From contig CAWFGO010000002.1 of assembly GCA_963815455.1 (NCBI GenBank), positions 352,001 through 416,000 on the forward strand: a stretch of 64,000 nucleotides of DNA. The letters run 5' to 3'. Origin of the DNA: an uncultured Verrucomicrobiae bacterium. GTDB lineage: Bacteria > Verrucomicrobiota > Verrucomicrobiia > Chthoniobacterales > UBA10450. A program made the position numbers and the translations under genes. This document shows positions 1 through 9,743 of the stretch, piece by piece (within the stretch, counting starts at the first letter, position 1; the number at the start of each line of letters is the position of its first letter). Below the pieces are notes generated by a model. That model did no database searches. It saw nothing but the letters and a program-made list of their open reading frames with translations, and was not told where the DNA came from.

Positions 1-32
1 AGACTCGCGCGACCCAGCTGGCCCAGGCCGTT

Positions 33-344
33 TTGGCGACCATGGCCAGTCAAGCGCCGACCCAGTTCAATCATGTCCAAATAGAGTTGAATGACGGTTC
101 TCCCGTCCAGTTCGACCTTAGCGGTTCCGAGCCGAAGCCGGCGTTCTACGCCGACAACGATGGGAAAATGATCGGTGCCCCCGCGGGGGCGAGTTACAAA
201 ATCGCCGTGACTACCAATGGCACCCCGCCCGGTTTCGATCCTGGAAACGCGAATCAAGTAACCGTCCGGGTATCCTGGCCCGCCAATGCGCCTCCGGCAG
301 CTCAAACCTCACGGGATTATGTGCGAATCATTTCCAAATTCTGA
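33..344 (+). CDS. Minor pilin-like protein (Verru_Chthon cassette protein B-like), 5' end probably outside the window
   Basis: C-terminal 'QVTVRVSWPANAP' strand typical of PilV-like minor pilins; first gene of a tightly packed pilin cassette. Confidence 0.55.
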   Translation: MATMASQAPTQFNHVQIELNDGSPVQFDLSGSEPKPAFYADNDGKMIGAPAGASYKIAVTTNGTPPGFDPGNANQVTVRVSWPANAPPAAQTSRDYVRIISKF

Positions 345-354
345 CTCATCGGCG

Positions 355-1174
355 ATGCGTCGACGGCGATTCTTCTGCGGGATTCACCCTGGTGGAACTG
401 CTCATCGCGGTCACGATCACCGTCCTGATCGTGGTTCTGCTCGGGACGATGTTTGGATCGCTCACGAAAACGACTTCGCGGGCAAACCAGAGAACCGATG
501 TTTTCCGCGATGCGCGCGCCGCCTTGCAGATGATCGAGCGCGACCTAACTGGTCTGGTGCGCGCTCAACAGACTGCGTATCTCGCGCTGGATAACATATG
601 GCAGGCGGGAGACGATCCGTATGCGACCCGGACGAGTGCCACGCCGAACCTGCAACTCTTCGCCCTGATCGCAGCCAGGAACCAGCTGCCGGGCGGTGCG
701 CCTCCGGGCGATGTTTGCGCGGTCGGTTATTACTGCGCCTGGGACAACACAAAACGTGCATATGTGCTCCGCCGTTTTTTTCGCAACAGCAAAGACATTT
801 ACGAAGCAATCAAACCGCAGGTTGCCGGAAACACACTTAGCTACACCGGTGCTGCAGCGCTATACGTCCCGGCGGCTACGGACGACATCGTTGCGTCCTA
901 TGTTTGGAATTTCAAAATCACAGCTTACAAATCCGATGGAACGAAAGACATTTCTTATCCGGGAAATGCCTTGATCGTTGTCGATCCGGGCAACCCTGAT
1001 CTCGTGCCACCGGCGGCGCTTGAGATTTCCTTCAACGCCATCAGTCCCGAAGCGGCACGAACAGTAACGAGCGTCTCCACCGACCCGGCGGATTGGATGA
1101 ACGCGACCTCGTCCAATCACATTCGCTTGATCACACCACACGCGTACGAGTTTCGGACACGAATCAATCTGTAG
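355..1174 (+). CDS. Prepilin-type N-methylation protein (PilW-like; Verru_Chthon cassette protein C-like)
   Basis: G|FTLVELLIAVTITVLIVVLL class III signal at 380 onward. The likely ATG at 355 (MRRRRF) is out of frame by one base, probably a sequencing indel. Confidence 0.8.
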
Positions 1175-1176
1175 CC

Positions 1177-3782
1177 ATGCGACGCTTCTCGATCTTACCC
1201 AACGCGATCCAGAATGGTTTTGCCCTGATCATTACTCTGATCATGGTCGTGCTGGCTGCTGTGGTGGCTGTCGCCTTTGTCACCAATGCATCGCTGGATC
1301 GTCTTACCGCCAATTCCTTCAGCAAGAGAGCACGCGCGGAAATGGCGGCCCAATCCGGATTAGCCGCTGCCTTGAATGCGCTTTCCGGCGCGACTGGGCC
1401 AAATGATTTTCGATTTATCACCGCAGTCGGCGACGATGACGATCCCGCACACAGCAAGCCCGTTTTGATTCCGCTCAATTCCGATCCGACAACGGGCAAG
1501 GTGACTCTAGACGACGCTGCAAAGCGCGATCTCTATTCAATCGGAGCGGGCGCGACAATCACCCTCTCCGCAACCGCCATTCCCAAGGCGACCCGAACCG
1601 TTGGATTTGTCCCCATTACTACGAACGTTAACGGCGTCGATCAGGAGACAGAACGTTACGCGTTTTATGTCGATGAAGCGGGCAGTCGTCAGAATCTCGC
1701 CGTGCAAGGCGGAAAGGATCGCGTTTATGCCCGAGACCCGAATGAACTCCCGATCGTTACAGCCGAGGCCGCACCAGCACCATTCGCCGTAGCCCAAATC
1801 AGCGCGATACAGGATCAGCGAGCGTTATTGTTCACGCCACCGACGGCGAATCCGGTCCTATCGAATGCCGGCGCACCAACAACCCCGCCGGTTGACGACT
1901 ACGCCTACAGTATCGCTTCGGGGATAACGAATCTTAGTCCCGATAAGAAACCCCGGGTAAATCTGACGAAACTAAAAAATTACGTGGATGGACTCTCTGT
2001 CGATCAGGCGGCAGGCAATCCGAAAGCCGCTCTGGTAGACCGCCTGCTCACCCCGGGAGAGAGCGGACAGCCGAATGGGGCGGCGGCAATTTGTCGATCC
2101 TGACCAAGCTCGGTCACTATTCCACCGCGCAATCCCAACAAATCGTGGCGAATCTCATCGATTATCTGGACGACGATCTAATTCCGCACGACCGACAATG
2201 TCGATAATCCCACTTACTTTGGTGTCGAGGGAAAAGCGGATGCCCCCGGGAAAGTCGATGGTCATCCTTACATCAATTTCGTCGGCACAGGCTTGGTTTT
2301 AAATAAGAGCACGGCCGCCGGATTCCAAGGCGGCCTAAACTCCACACGAGTCCTTGCCGTATTGGGAATCGTGAATCCCTGGAGTCTTCCGACCAAGGAC
2401 TGGCCGACATTTGATAATTAAGCGCGGAGATCGACATCACGGTTCAGGGAGACGCGTCCGGGAGGGAATCTCGGCCCGCGGGCCAGTGACTATTTTCACG
2501 GCGTATTCAATACAACGGACTCGCGGCAATCAATTGTTGACCTTTCCGGTCGCACAGACCGCGGCAAATGCGGGATATTCTTTCCCCGCCCCTGCGAGCG
2601 CACCAACAAATTATGCGACCAATTACGATATTCTCGGCACGGTCGGCCGCCAACCCCCAGGGATGGTCTTCAGCGGCCTCGGTTTCAAAATCAACAAACT
2701 CCGGTTGAAGTATACACCGAGCACGGACGGCCGGAGCGGATACATTCAGGTCCTCGATAACTTGAAAAACAATCGCGCAGCCTGCCAATCCGAGCACGGC
2801 CGATATGGATCATTCTGGAGGGAGTTTGGTCTACAAATTCGCCAGCGGCGCGCCGGACAAGACCGATTTTCATCTCAATTCCGATCCCCGGCTTGGTTTT
2901 GTCGCCACCAACTGGCTGTTGTCAAAATCCACTGAAAGCGGTGCGGCACCCCCAACACCCCAAAGCAACGTCAACGTCTTTGCCGGGCATGACGCGAATA
3001 ACTGGGACTTTGCCGGAGCGGCGCCGAGCACAACAAATCACCTTTGGTACACAAAGACGGACGTCACGGCGAATTTTTACGTCAAGAGTCCTCCCAGCGA
3101 TGGGAGCAATCCCAAATTCGATTCAGCGGGGGAACTCGGTTATCTCCATACCGGTATTCCTTGGGAGACATTCCGCCTCTATGTGACCGGCGACGAAGCG
3201 AGCGGAAAGGAGCGGGACAAGGAACTGCTTGCTCATGTTCAGTCCGGAACATTTACCGATGCCGACTATGGAACAATTCCGACCCACACTGGCCAGGCCG
3301 ATCCCGGAACGCCGGTTCCGTTCCTTCGCGGCCCCTTGAATGTAAATACGAACAAGCGACCTACGTTGCAGGCGCTCTTTCTAGGCGCCAGCGAGAAAAA
3401 CGACAGTGATGCTACCGATAAAGCAAGAAATGGCGGAGACGGCCACGCCGTTGCCATCGCGGACGCGCTTGCTGGAAATGGAGCCGGGGCACCGTTCGCG
3501 CTCCCGGGCGATTTCCTTTCCCTGGCGGGCGTGAAGTCGGTGACGAATGAGCCCACGACGGATTTCGATCGAGAAGTGCTCGCCCGACGGACGGCCAATG
3601 TGCTCGGAACGCAATCGACCCGGTTCACCGTCTATGCTTTGGGCGAAGCCCGCGATAAAGTCGGCGGAACGATCTCGACCACGAGCACGGTAAATCTCCG
3701 TGCCGAAGTCGAGCTGCAAACCGATTCCACTGGCAAACCGGTTCCCAAAGTGCTGAGCACCGCCTACTATCTCACTAACTAA
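1177..3782 (+). CDS. Large PilX-like protein (Verru_Chthon cassette protein A-like), frameshifted in this sequence
   Basis: N-terminal GFALIITLIMVVLAAVV; 'RYAFYVDE', 'VNL' and 'TQSTRFTVYALGEA' PilX/GspK-like segments; split over ORFs 1093-2103, 2411-2935 and 2805-3782. Confidence 0.7.
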
Positions 3783-3789
3783 ACCTCAT

Positions 3790-4337
3790 ATGCGTTACAT
3801 CTCTTCTCGATCCAGCCTCACCTGCTTGCTCCTCGCGATGTCGATCTTGCCAGGTTTTGCTCAACAGCCCAGTCCGACTCCGAAACAGGTCACGATTCAA
3901 AATGTCACCCTGGAATCGGCGATCATGCCGGGGAGCACCCAGCCGTGGATAAAAGTCGTAACGCAGTTTCAGACTGCTCCGCGCTGGGCGGACGGAATTG
4001 TATTTCGCTATACATGGTTTTACTGGGCGCGGGCGATCAGTATCGAGTGCTTCCCGGAATCGTTCGATACGCCAACGTAAAAGGAGGCGGCAATCGAGCA
4101 GTGATGTACATCAGCCCAAATACGGCGGAAAGCTTTGGCGCGCCAATCACAGCGCACGTCAAAGCCTTCTACAAGGATGAGTTGGCTGACGATTTTGTGA
4201 TGAAGGGCTCAGGCAATATTCCCGCTGGCTGGGAAACGCAATATGACAAGTATCCCGGTCTCTTACTAACGGTCATTCAAACGCCCTGGTTGATCACCGA
4301 TTACTCGAATTCGCCAGACATTTTCGCCACGCAATAA
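3790..4337 (+). CDS. Secreted Amuc_1102-like pilus-associated protein (one frameshift near 4010)
   Basis: Signal peptide; 'WIKVVTQF', 'GIVRYANVKGG..RAVMYISPNT' and 'LL..QTPW' resemble the Amuc_1102 family as I recall it; joins ORFs 3790-4080 and 3945-4337. Confidence 0.55.
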
Positions 4338-4377
4338 TGGCGGACAACGCTACTACCGACTACGGGACTATACGGGC

Positions 4378-4406
4378 TTGACGATCGTATTTGTGTAGAT
4401 TACATA
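4378..4406 (+). promoter_or_regulatory. Putative sigma70 promoter with palindromic operator for the TA operon
   Basis: TTGACG at 4378; palindrome TGTA-GAT-TACA (4394-4404) overlaps the -10 region just upstream of the antitoxin ATG. Confidence 0.45.
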
Positions 4407-4413
4407 TTTACGC

Positions 4414-4674
4414 ATGGCGATTACCATTTCTGCTACCGAGGCCGCGCGCAACTTTGGCGATTGTCTCGCCCGGATTAAACATACCGGGGAAACCTTCATC
4501 TTGAGCAAAAACGAAAAGCCGGTCGCCGCGCTCGGCCCGTTGCCCGGCACTAGAACAGTGACTTTTCGCGAACTGTGGGACGCATGGCGAAAATTGCCGG
4601 CGGATCCGAAGTTCGCCGACGATCTCGAATCGGTGAACGAGGCCGATCAACCTCCAAAAAATCCGTGGGATTAG
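4414..4674 (+). CDS. Phd/YefM family antitoxin
   Basis: 'ISATEAARNFGDCLARIKHTGETFILSKNEKPVAAL' Phd fold; C-terminal PW overlaps the toxin start. Confidence 0.9.
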   Translation: MAITISATEAARNFGDCLARIKHTGETFILSKNEKPVAALGPLPGTRTVTFRELWDAWRKLPADPKFADDLESVNEADQPPKNPWD

Positions 4675-5084
4675 TCCTCGACACCTCGGCGCTGGTCGAG
4701 CTCGAACGGATGGGTCCAAACGGGCCAACCGGCGACCTGCCTTGGGACGAGGAACTAATTCTACCGGCGATTGTCTGGGCCGAGGCATTGGTTGGCGTGA
4801 GGCTGGCCGATACGCCGCTGCGAGCGGCGCAACGCCGGGCGCGTTTGGAGTCCCTTCGCGTTCGTTTGGCGATTGAGCCGTTCTCTATCGAAGTCGCGGA
4901 ACATTACGCGGATATCTTTGCGGAGTTAATGCAGTCTGGGACTATGATTCCGCAGAACGATATTGCGGTGGCAGCGACGGCTCGGGCCGCAAGTTTCGGT
5001 GTCCTTACGGGGCCGAATGATGAGAAACATTTTCAGCGCGTAACCGGTATGATCGTGCGCGTCCTGCGCGCGCAGCCGAGTTGA
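4665..5084 (+). CDS. vapC: PIN-domain VapC toxin
   Basis: GTG start; 'VLDTSALV', 'IVWAE' and 'IPQNDIAVAATA' PIN acidic motifs. Confidence 0.9.
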   Translation: MGLVLDTSALVELERMGPNGPTGDLPWDEELILPAIVWAEALVGVRLADTPLRAAQRRARLESLRVRLAIEPFSIEVAEHYADIFAELMQSGTMIPQNDIAVAATARAASFGVLTGPNDEKHFQRVTGMIVRVLRAQPS

Positions 5085-5097
5085 TTCGAAGCCGTTA

Positions 5098-5177
5098 CAG
5101 GGCCCGGACGCGCGGAAGCGCGTCCCTCCGGTTGGCTGACTTGTCCTCAGAGTTGCGGCCGACACGGCCGCCTCTAC
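5098..5177. repeat. Two REP-like palindromes (GGAG/CTCC type and GTAG/CTAC type)
   Basis: ggacgcgcggaagcgcgtccctcc (also at ~30453) and gcggccgacacggccgcctctac (reverse complement near-identical to 53201). Confidence 0.7.
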
Positions 5178-5198
5178 ACCGGAATAACGCGCGAAGCG

Positions 5199-5950
5199 TC
5201 AGTGCACTTGCGTTTTGAGCTGTCGGATGGCGTCGCGCAATTCGGCAGCCCGCTCGTAGAGTTCCTTGGCAATCGCGCTTTCCATCTCTCGCTCCATGAT
5301 CTCGACCTTCGAGAGCGGCCGTTTCGCCCGCACTTCGTTGAGCCATTCGTCCAGGAATGCGATTTCGGAGTTTTTCGCGGCCAGCTCGGGGAAGTTTGAT
5401 CGCTCAAAGAATTCCGTGATCGCGTCGCGTCCGTGCTGAATTTCGCGCATGGCGTCGGGAAATTTTCCCAGGCCCAGAAGGATCGAGGCCCGGGCCCGCG
5501 TGTTCATCATCAAAACGTAGGGACGAAATTGCTGCATGTTCCAGGAAAGATCTTCGCGATCGGTATGGGCGGCTACGAAGTCGAATAGATCGAGGTTGCG
5601 TTGGGTATCGCGAACAACGCCGGCGAAATCGTTGATCTGAAACAAGCTGAGATACCGGTGATAATATTGGATCCCTTCCTGTTGCAGCTCGGCGCATTGC
5701 TCGATGCTGAGCTCGTAATTTTCTCCCCGCTGCACCGAACGGGCTGCCCGCTGTTGATGAAATTCAAGGAGCGATTCGCAACCGTGCGGGCGCACCCCGT
5801 CGGGGCGGCCGGTCATCTCCATTTGCAGCACGCCCAAGTCGACCCGCAGTTGAATTTCTCGCGGCCATCGAGCCCGGCGATCTTGCGGACCTTAACTTTC
5901 CCGTTCTCGTGACCCCATTCCCCTAAGACCGTGTTCAAATCCAAGCTCAT
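5199..5950 (-). CDS. UvrB/UvrC-motif-containing conserved protein (frameshift near 5850)
   Basis: C-terminal UVR motif 'EMESAIAKELYERAAELRDAI'; N-terminus MSLDLNTVLGEW lies in a different frame (ORF 5813-6064). Confidence 0.75.
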
Positions 5951-6018
5951 CCGGCAAGAAGCATCGGATATTTGGGCTTCGCTTGTCAATAACTCCCCGA
6001 TTTGGCGGCCGGGAATCG

Positions 6019-6078
6019 GGGCAACGCCTCGACAGAGCGAGGCGGCTACAGCTTCACTTGTCACTGGTCACTGGTCAC
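6019..6078. repeat. GTAG-type REP half followed by heptamer tandem (TCACTGG-like)
   Basis: acgcctcgacagagcgaggcggctaca hairpin, then tcacttg-tcactgg-tcactgg-tcac. Confidence 0.55.
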
Positions 6079-6090
6079 CTAGCTTCTCCC

Positions 6091-6981
6091 GTGGAGCAGG
6101 CCATCGACTCGTTCATCCGCTTCCTCGCGGTCGAGCGCGGGCTTTCGGAAAATTACCAGCTTTCGACGCAGCGATCCCTCACCGAATTTGCCCGCTGGTC
6201 CAACCAGAAATGCAAGATCGACAGGGCCAATGCAGTCACGCTGCCACTCATCAGTGAATACCTGGCCGAGCGGAAACAGGCGGGGCTTTCGGCTTCGTCG
6301 ATCAAGTTGATCGTGGTCGCGCTCAAGATTTTCTTCCGTTTCCTGGCGGAGAAAGGCGTTGTGAAACGCGATCCGGCCGAGGCGCTGGCGTTGCCGCGAA
6401 TCGAACGTTACCTGCCCGAGACATTGAACGAATTACAGGTCGAACAGTTGATCGAGAGCATCGACACGAAGGTTCCGCTGGGCTTGCGCGACCGGGCGAT
6501 GATCGAGCTGCTGTATGCCAGCGGGTTGCGCATTGCCGAGCTGGCCAACGCGCGGCTGGAGAATTTTAGTTCGGAAGAGCGCATCTTGCGCGTTACCGGC
6601 AAAGGGAACAAGACGCGCCTCGTGCCGGTGGGCGGCAAAGCGTGCGAGGCGCTGGCGGCATATTTATCGGCGGAGCGCCCCAAACTGGTGAAGCGCCGCA
6701 GCAGCAGCGAAATTTTCCTTTCCGCGCGCGGCACGAAATTAACCACTGCGCGGATCTGGCAGATCGTGAAAAGGATTTCGCGGCAATCCGGCCTGGAAAA
6801 AAACATTTATCCGCATTTGCTCCGGCACAGTTTCGCCACGCATTTGCTCGGGAACGGGGCCGATCTTCGGATCATTCAAGAGATGCTGGGCCATGCCGAT
6901 ATTTCTACGACGCAGGTTTATACGCACGTCGATCAACAGCGTCTCAAGGCCGTGCATCGGCAGTTTCATCCGCGCGCATAG
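6091..6981 (+). CDS. xerD: Site-specific tyrosine recombinase XerD
   Basis: 'RDRAMIELLYASGLR', 'GKGNKTR', 'HLLRHSFATH', 'LGHADISTTQVYTHV' and C-terminal 'FHPRA'. Confidence 0.9.
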   Translation: MEQAIDSFIRFLAVERGLSENYQLSTQRSLTEFARWSNQKCKIDRANAVTLPLISEYLAERKQAGLSASSIKLIVVALKIFFRFLAEKGVVKRDPAEALALPRIERYLPETLNELQVEQLIESIDTKVPLGLRDRAMIELLYASGLRIAELANARLENFSSEERILRVTGKGNKTRLVPVGGKACEALAAYLSAERPKLVKRRSSSEIFLSARGTKLTTARIWQIVKRISRQSGLEKNIYPHLLRHSFATHLLGNGADLRIIQEMLGHADISTTQVYTHVDQQRLKAVHRQFHPRA

Positions 6982-7040
6982 CGAAATGAAATCTGACTTT
7001 CCTGTTTTCCTGGGTTCCTGATTCGTCCACATTCCCGTTC

Positions 7041-8807
7041 ATGAAACGCGCCTTGCTCCTGGTGATCGCCGCAGCCGGGGTGGCCGTCGCCGCCTGGTAC
7101 GCCGTGCGCCTGGCCACAACGACCTCGACGGAGGCGGTGGCCGCGCTGCTTCCCCGGGAGACAATTCTTCTGCTCCACCTGCCGGACATTAATCGGACAC
7201 GCGACCGGTGGCATAACTCCGATGTCTACCAGCTGTATCGCGAACCGGCGGTGCAGGATTTTCTTCGGAAGCCGTTGAGCCGGGTCCCAAAAGCAGGCGC
7301 GGCTTCACAAACCCTCCACGATTTCGAGCAGCTCGATCCCAAGGACACCTTCTTTGCGCTTACTTCAGTCGATCAAACCAGCCCGAAGTACGTTGCCGGT
7401 TTTCGTTTTCGCGGAAGCGAGCAGGAGGCCGAGCGAGTGATCGGCAAGTGGCGATCGAAGTTGCTCGAGAGAAACCCGAATGCCCAAGCCGAGAAGATCG
7501 AATACCTGCGGCACAAGATCGACATCGTTACAATTCCGCCGTTTGCTTTCGCCTCCACCTATGACGGTCAATGGTTCTTTCTGGCGAACGACCGTGAGAA
7601 CCTGAAAGCCGTTCTCGATCGCGCAGACCAGCGCGGCAAGGACCGAACGCCGGCTCTCGACACGGATGAAGCGTATCGGGCCGCCACGGCGCACATGCCA
7701 TCCAGTTACGCAGCGCTTGTTTATCTGCAGCCGAAAACGTTCGCCGACCAACTACAGGCACTCCGGGCTGCGATCGGATCGCCGATGTCCCCAAGCGAAC
7801 GTCCGTTACTCGAGCAACTACGCAGTGTTTGCGGGACCATGTATTTCGATAATGGCAAGATCCACGACGTGCTGTTCGTGGGAATGTCAAAGATCGAACA
7901 AGCTCCGCCCCTTACCCGCTCGTCTCTAACGCTGGGAACCAAAAACACGGCCTTTTATCTGGCCGCTGTGCTCAATCTCGGCGACAAGATCAATGCGATC
8001 GGCCAGGCACCGGGCATCGGTGACAGAATCCAGCGGCTATTTCAAACGTTTATCGAGGGCGGAGTTACGGCGGATGATTGGAAGGCTGCATTCGGCCTGG
8101 AGCTCGGGGCGTTGGCGGATTGGCCGCAGACTTCGCACTGGCCGGCGCTGCTTGCGACTCTTCCTGTGCGCGACGTCGGCAAGGCGAGCAAGATCGTGGA
8201 AGCGGCGATGCGTATCGACGAGGATTCGTTCTGGGCGCGGACGGAACGCGACGGAGTGCGCTATTTTTCAATGCAGTCGCCGGCCAGCCTCATCGCTATC
8301 ACTCCGACCATTGCGTTATCGGACCGCATCCTGATTGCCGGCCTGGATGCCAGCGCGGTCGAAGCGGCGATCAACCGCAGCCGCAATTCGGATTCCGAAC
8401 TGGCGAACGGCGAAACTTACAGAACAGCCGCGCGATTGGTGCCGGCTCCGACAAATTTTTTCGCCTATGTCGATACCGGAATGCTTTATCAGCGGCTCGA
8501 TACCACCGTGCGGCCCATGCTGTTGATGGCGGCGGCGTTCATGCCGGGCGTAAACGATTATGTCGATCTTGATAAATTTCCGGGGCCGGAAGTGATCACG
8601 AAACATCTCAGCCCGATCGTTTCGTCGCAACGATACGACCGCGACGGTTACGTGGCCGAATCGGCCGGGCCGGTCACATTGAACCAGGCCGCCATTGGAC
8701 TGGCCGTTCTCGGAATCGGAATTGCGAACGACGCCAAGGATCGGGGCAGTTTTCTTGGAACAACCAAGCTGCTGCCACCTTCGCCGAGCCCCAGCGGGAC
8801 ACCGTGA
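7041..8807 (+). CDS. Membrane-anchored/secreted hypothetical protein (DUF3352-like)
   Basis: 588-aa ORF with N-terminal hydrophobic anchor and two internally similar halves. Confidence 0.6.
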   Translation: MKRALLLVIAAAGVAVAAWYAVRLATTTSTEAVAALLPRETILLLHLPDINRTRDRWHNSDVYQLYREPAVQDFLRKPLSRVPKAGAASQTLHDFEQLDPKDTFFALTSVDQTSPKYVAGFRFRGSEQEAERVIGKWRSKLLERNPNAQAEKIEYLRHKIDIVTIPPFAFASTYDGQWFFLANDRENLKAVLDRADQRGKDRTPALDTDEAYRAATAHMPSSYAALVYLQPKTFADQLQALRAAIGSPMSPSERPLLEQLRSVCGTMYFDNGKIHDVLFVGMSKIEQAPPLTRSSLTLGTKNTAFYLAAVLNLGDKINAIGQAPGIGDRIQRLFQTFIEGGVTADDWKAAFGLELGALADWPQTSHWPALLATLPVRDVGKASKIVEAAMRIDEDSFWARTERDGVRYFSMQSPASLIAITPTIALSDRILIAGLDASAVEAAINRSRNSDSELANGETYRTAARLVPAPTNFFAYVDTGMLYQRLDTTVRPMLLMAAAFMPGVNDYVDLDKFPGPEVITKHLSPIVSSQRYDRDGYVAESAGPVTLNQAAIGLAVLGIGIANDAKDRGSFLGTTKLLPPSPSPSGTP

Positions 8808-8959
8808 ACCGGCAGCCTCTTGGTAAGCCGTAGCTCGCCAAGGGAGTGGGTGAGGGGCAAGGGCCGCTGATTGCGCCATTTCGACCCAATCTTCCGGGGG
8901 CAAAACGCGGCTAAGAAATGTGCTGCTAACCGGCGAAAATATGCTATCCTTGCCGGTCT

Positions 8960-9274
8960 ATGGCTATCCTCAAGAAAAACGCATTCTCCCGCCGAGTTCC
9001 CGATCTCGTGACCGAGGAACTTGTTGCCGTGCTCTCACGACGCGCGTCGTTTGAGTTTAAGCAACTTTTCGACATTGTTCACGAAAACCTCAGGGCCCGG
9101 AACGCCGCCAGCGGTGGCGAGGAAATGCTGCGCCTGCGCGCCTATGAGAAACTGCAAAACCTGGTTGCCCGCGGCGCGGTCAAAAAGAACGGCAAGAAAT
9201 ACAAGGGACTTCCTTCGGCGTTGGCAGCGGCCATTGCACCTCAAAACGGACATTTTCCGACGCCAGTAAGGTAA
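8960..9274 (+). CDS. Small basic hypothetical protein, possible winged-helix DNA-binding protein
   Basis: K/R-rich; helices followed by a 'GAVKKNGKKY' wing-like hairpin; extended -10 TGCTATCCT at 8942. Confidence 0.65.
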   Translation: MAILKKNAFSRRVPDLVTEELVAVLSRRASFEFKQLFDIVHENLRARNAASGGEEMLRLRAYEKLQNLVARGAVKKNGKKYKGLPSALAAAIAPQNGHFPTPVR

Positions 9275-9319
9275 TCGATTCGGACAAGGCCCGGCGAAAA
9301 GCTCTCAGACAAATCGCCG

Positions 9320-9691
9320 ATGTTGCGAGAATATCTGCCGATCTTGCTACAGATCGCGGTGGCGATCGGGTTTGCTGCCTCGGCATTGCTGGTGAGCGTC
9401 ATTGTCGGGAAAAGCGGCAAACGGACTCGGGCTAAGGACACGGCTTACGAATGCGGGATGATTCCACAGGGCGAAGCGCAGCCCCGCTTCAGCGTGAAGT
9501 TTTATCTGGTGGCGATGCTCTTTATCCTGTTCGACCTGGAGATCGTGTTCATGTACCCGTGGGCGGTGGTTTACCGGGATGCGATCCAGCAGAGCAGCGT
9601 CATCTTTTGGAGCATGCTCAGCTTCATCTCGATCCTGATGGTGGGCTACATCTACGCGCTGAAAAAAGGCGCGCTCGATTTCAGACGGTAG
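9320..9691 (+). CDS. nuoA: NADH-quinone oxidoreductase subunit A
   Basis: 'YECG', 'FSVKFYLVAMLFILFDLEIVF.YPWAV' and 'KKGALDF'. Confidence 0.95.
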   Translation: MLREYLPILLQIAVAIGFAASALLVSVIVGKSGKRTRAKDTAYECGMIPQGEAQPRFSVKFYLVAMLFILFDLEIVFMYPWAVVYRDAIQQSSVIFWSMLSFISILMVGYIYALKKGALDFRR

Positions 9692-9743
9692 AAGGGCATC
9701 CGGCGCAGACGTCCCGTCAGTCCGTCCATCACCTGAGGTCTGG

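Noticed and set aside
6091..6981. Tyrosine recombinase as an integron or island integrase
   Set aside because: It has XerD-type length and the FHPRA C-terminus, lacks the IntI-specific insertion, and has no attC array, tRNA or att pair nearby.
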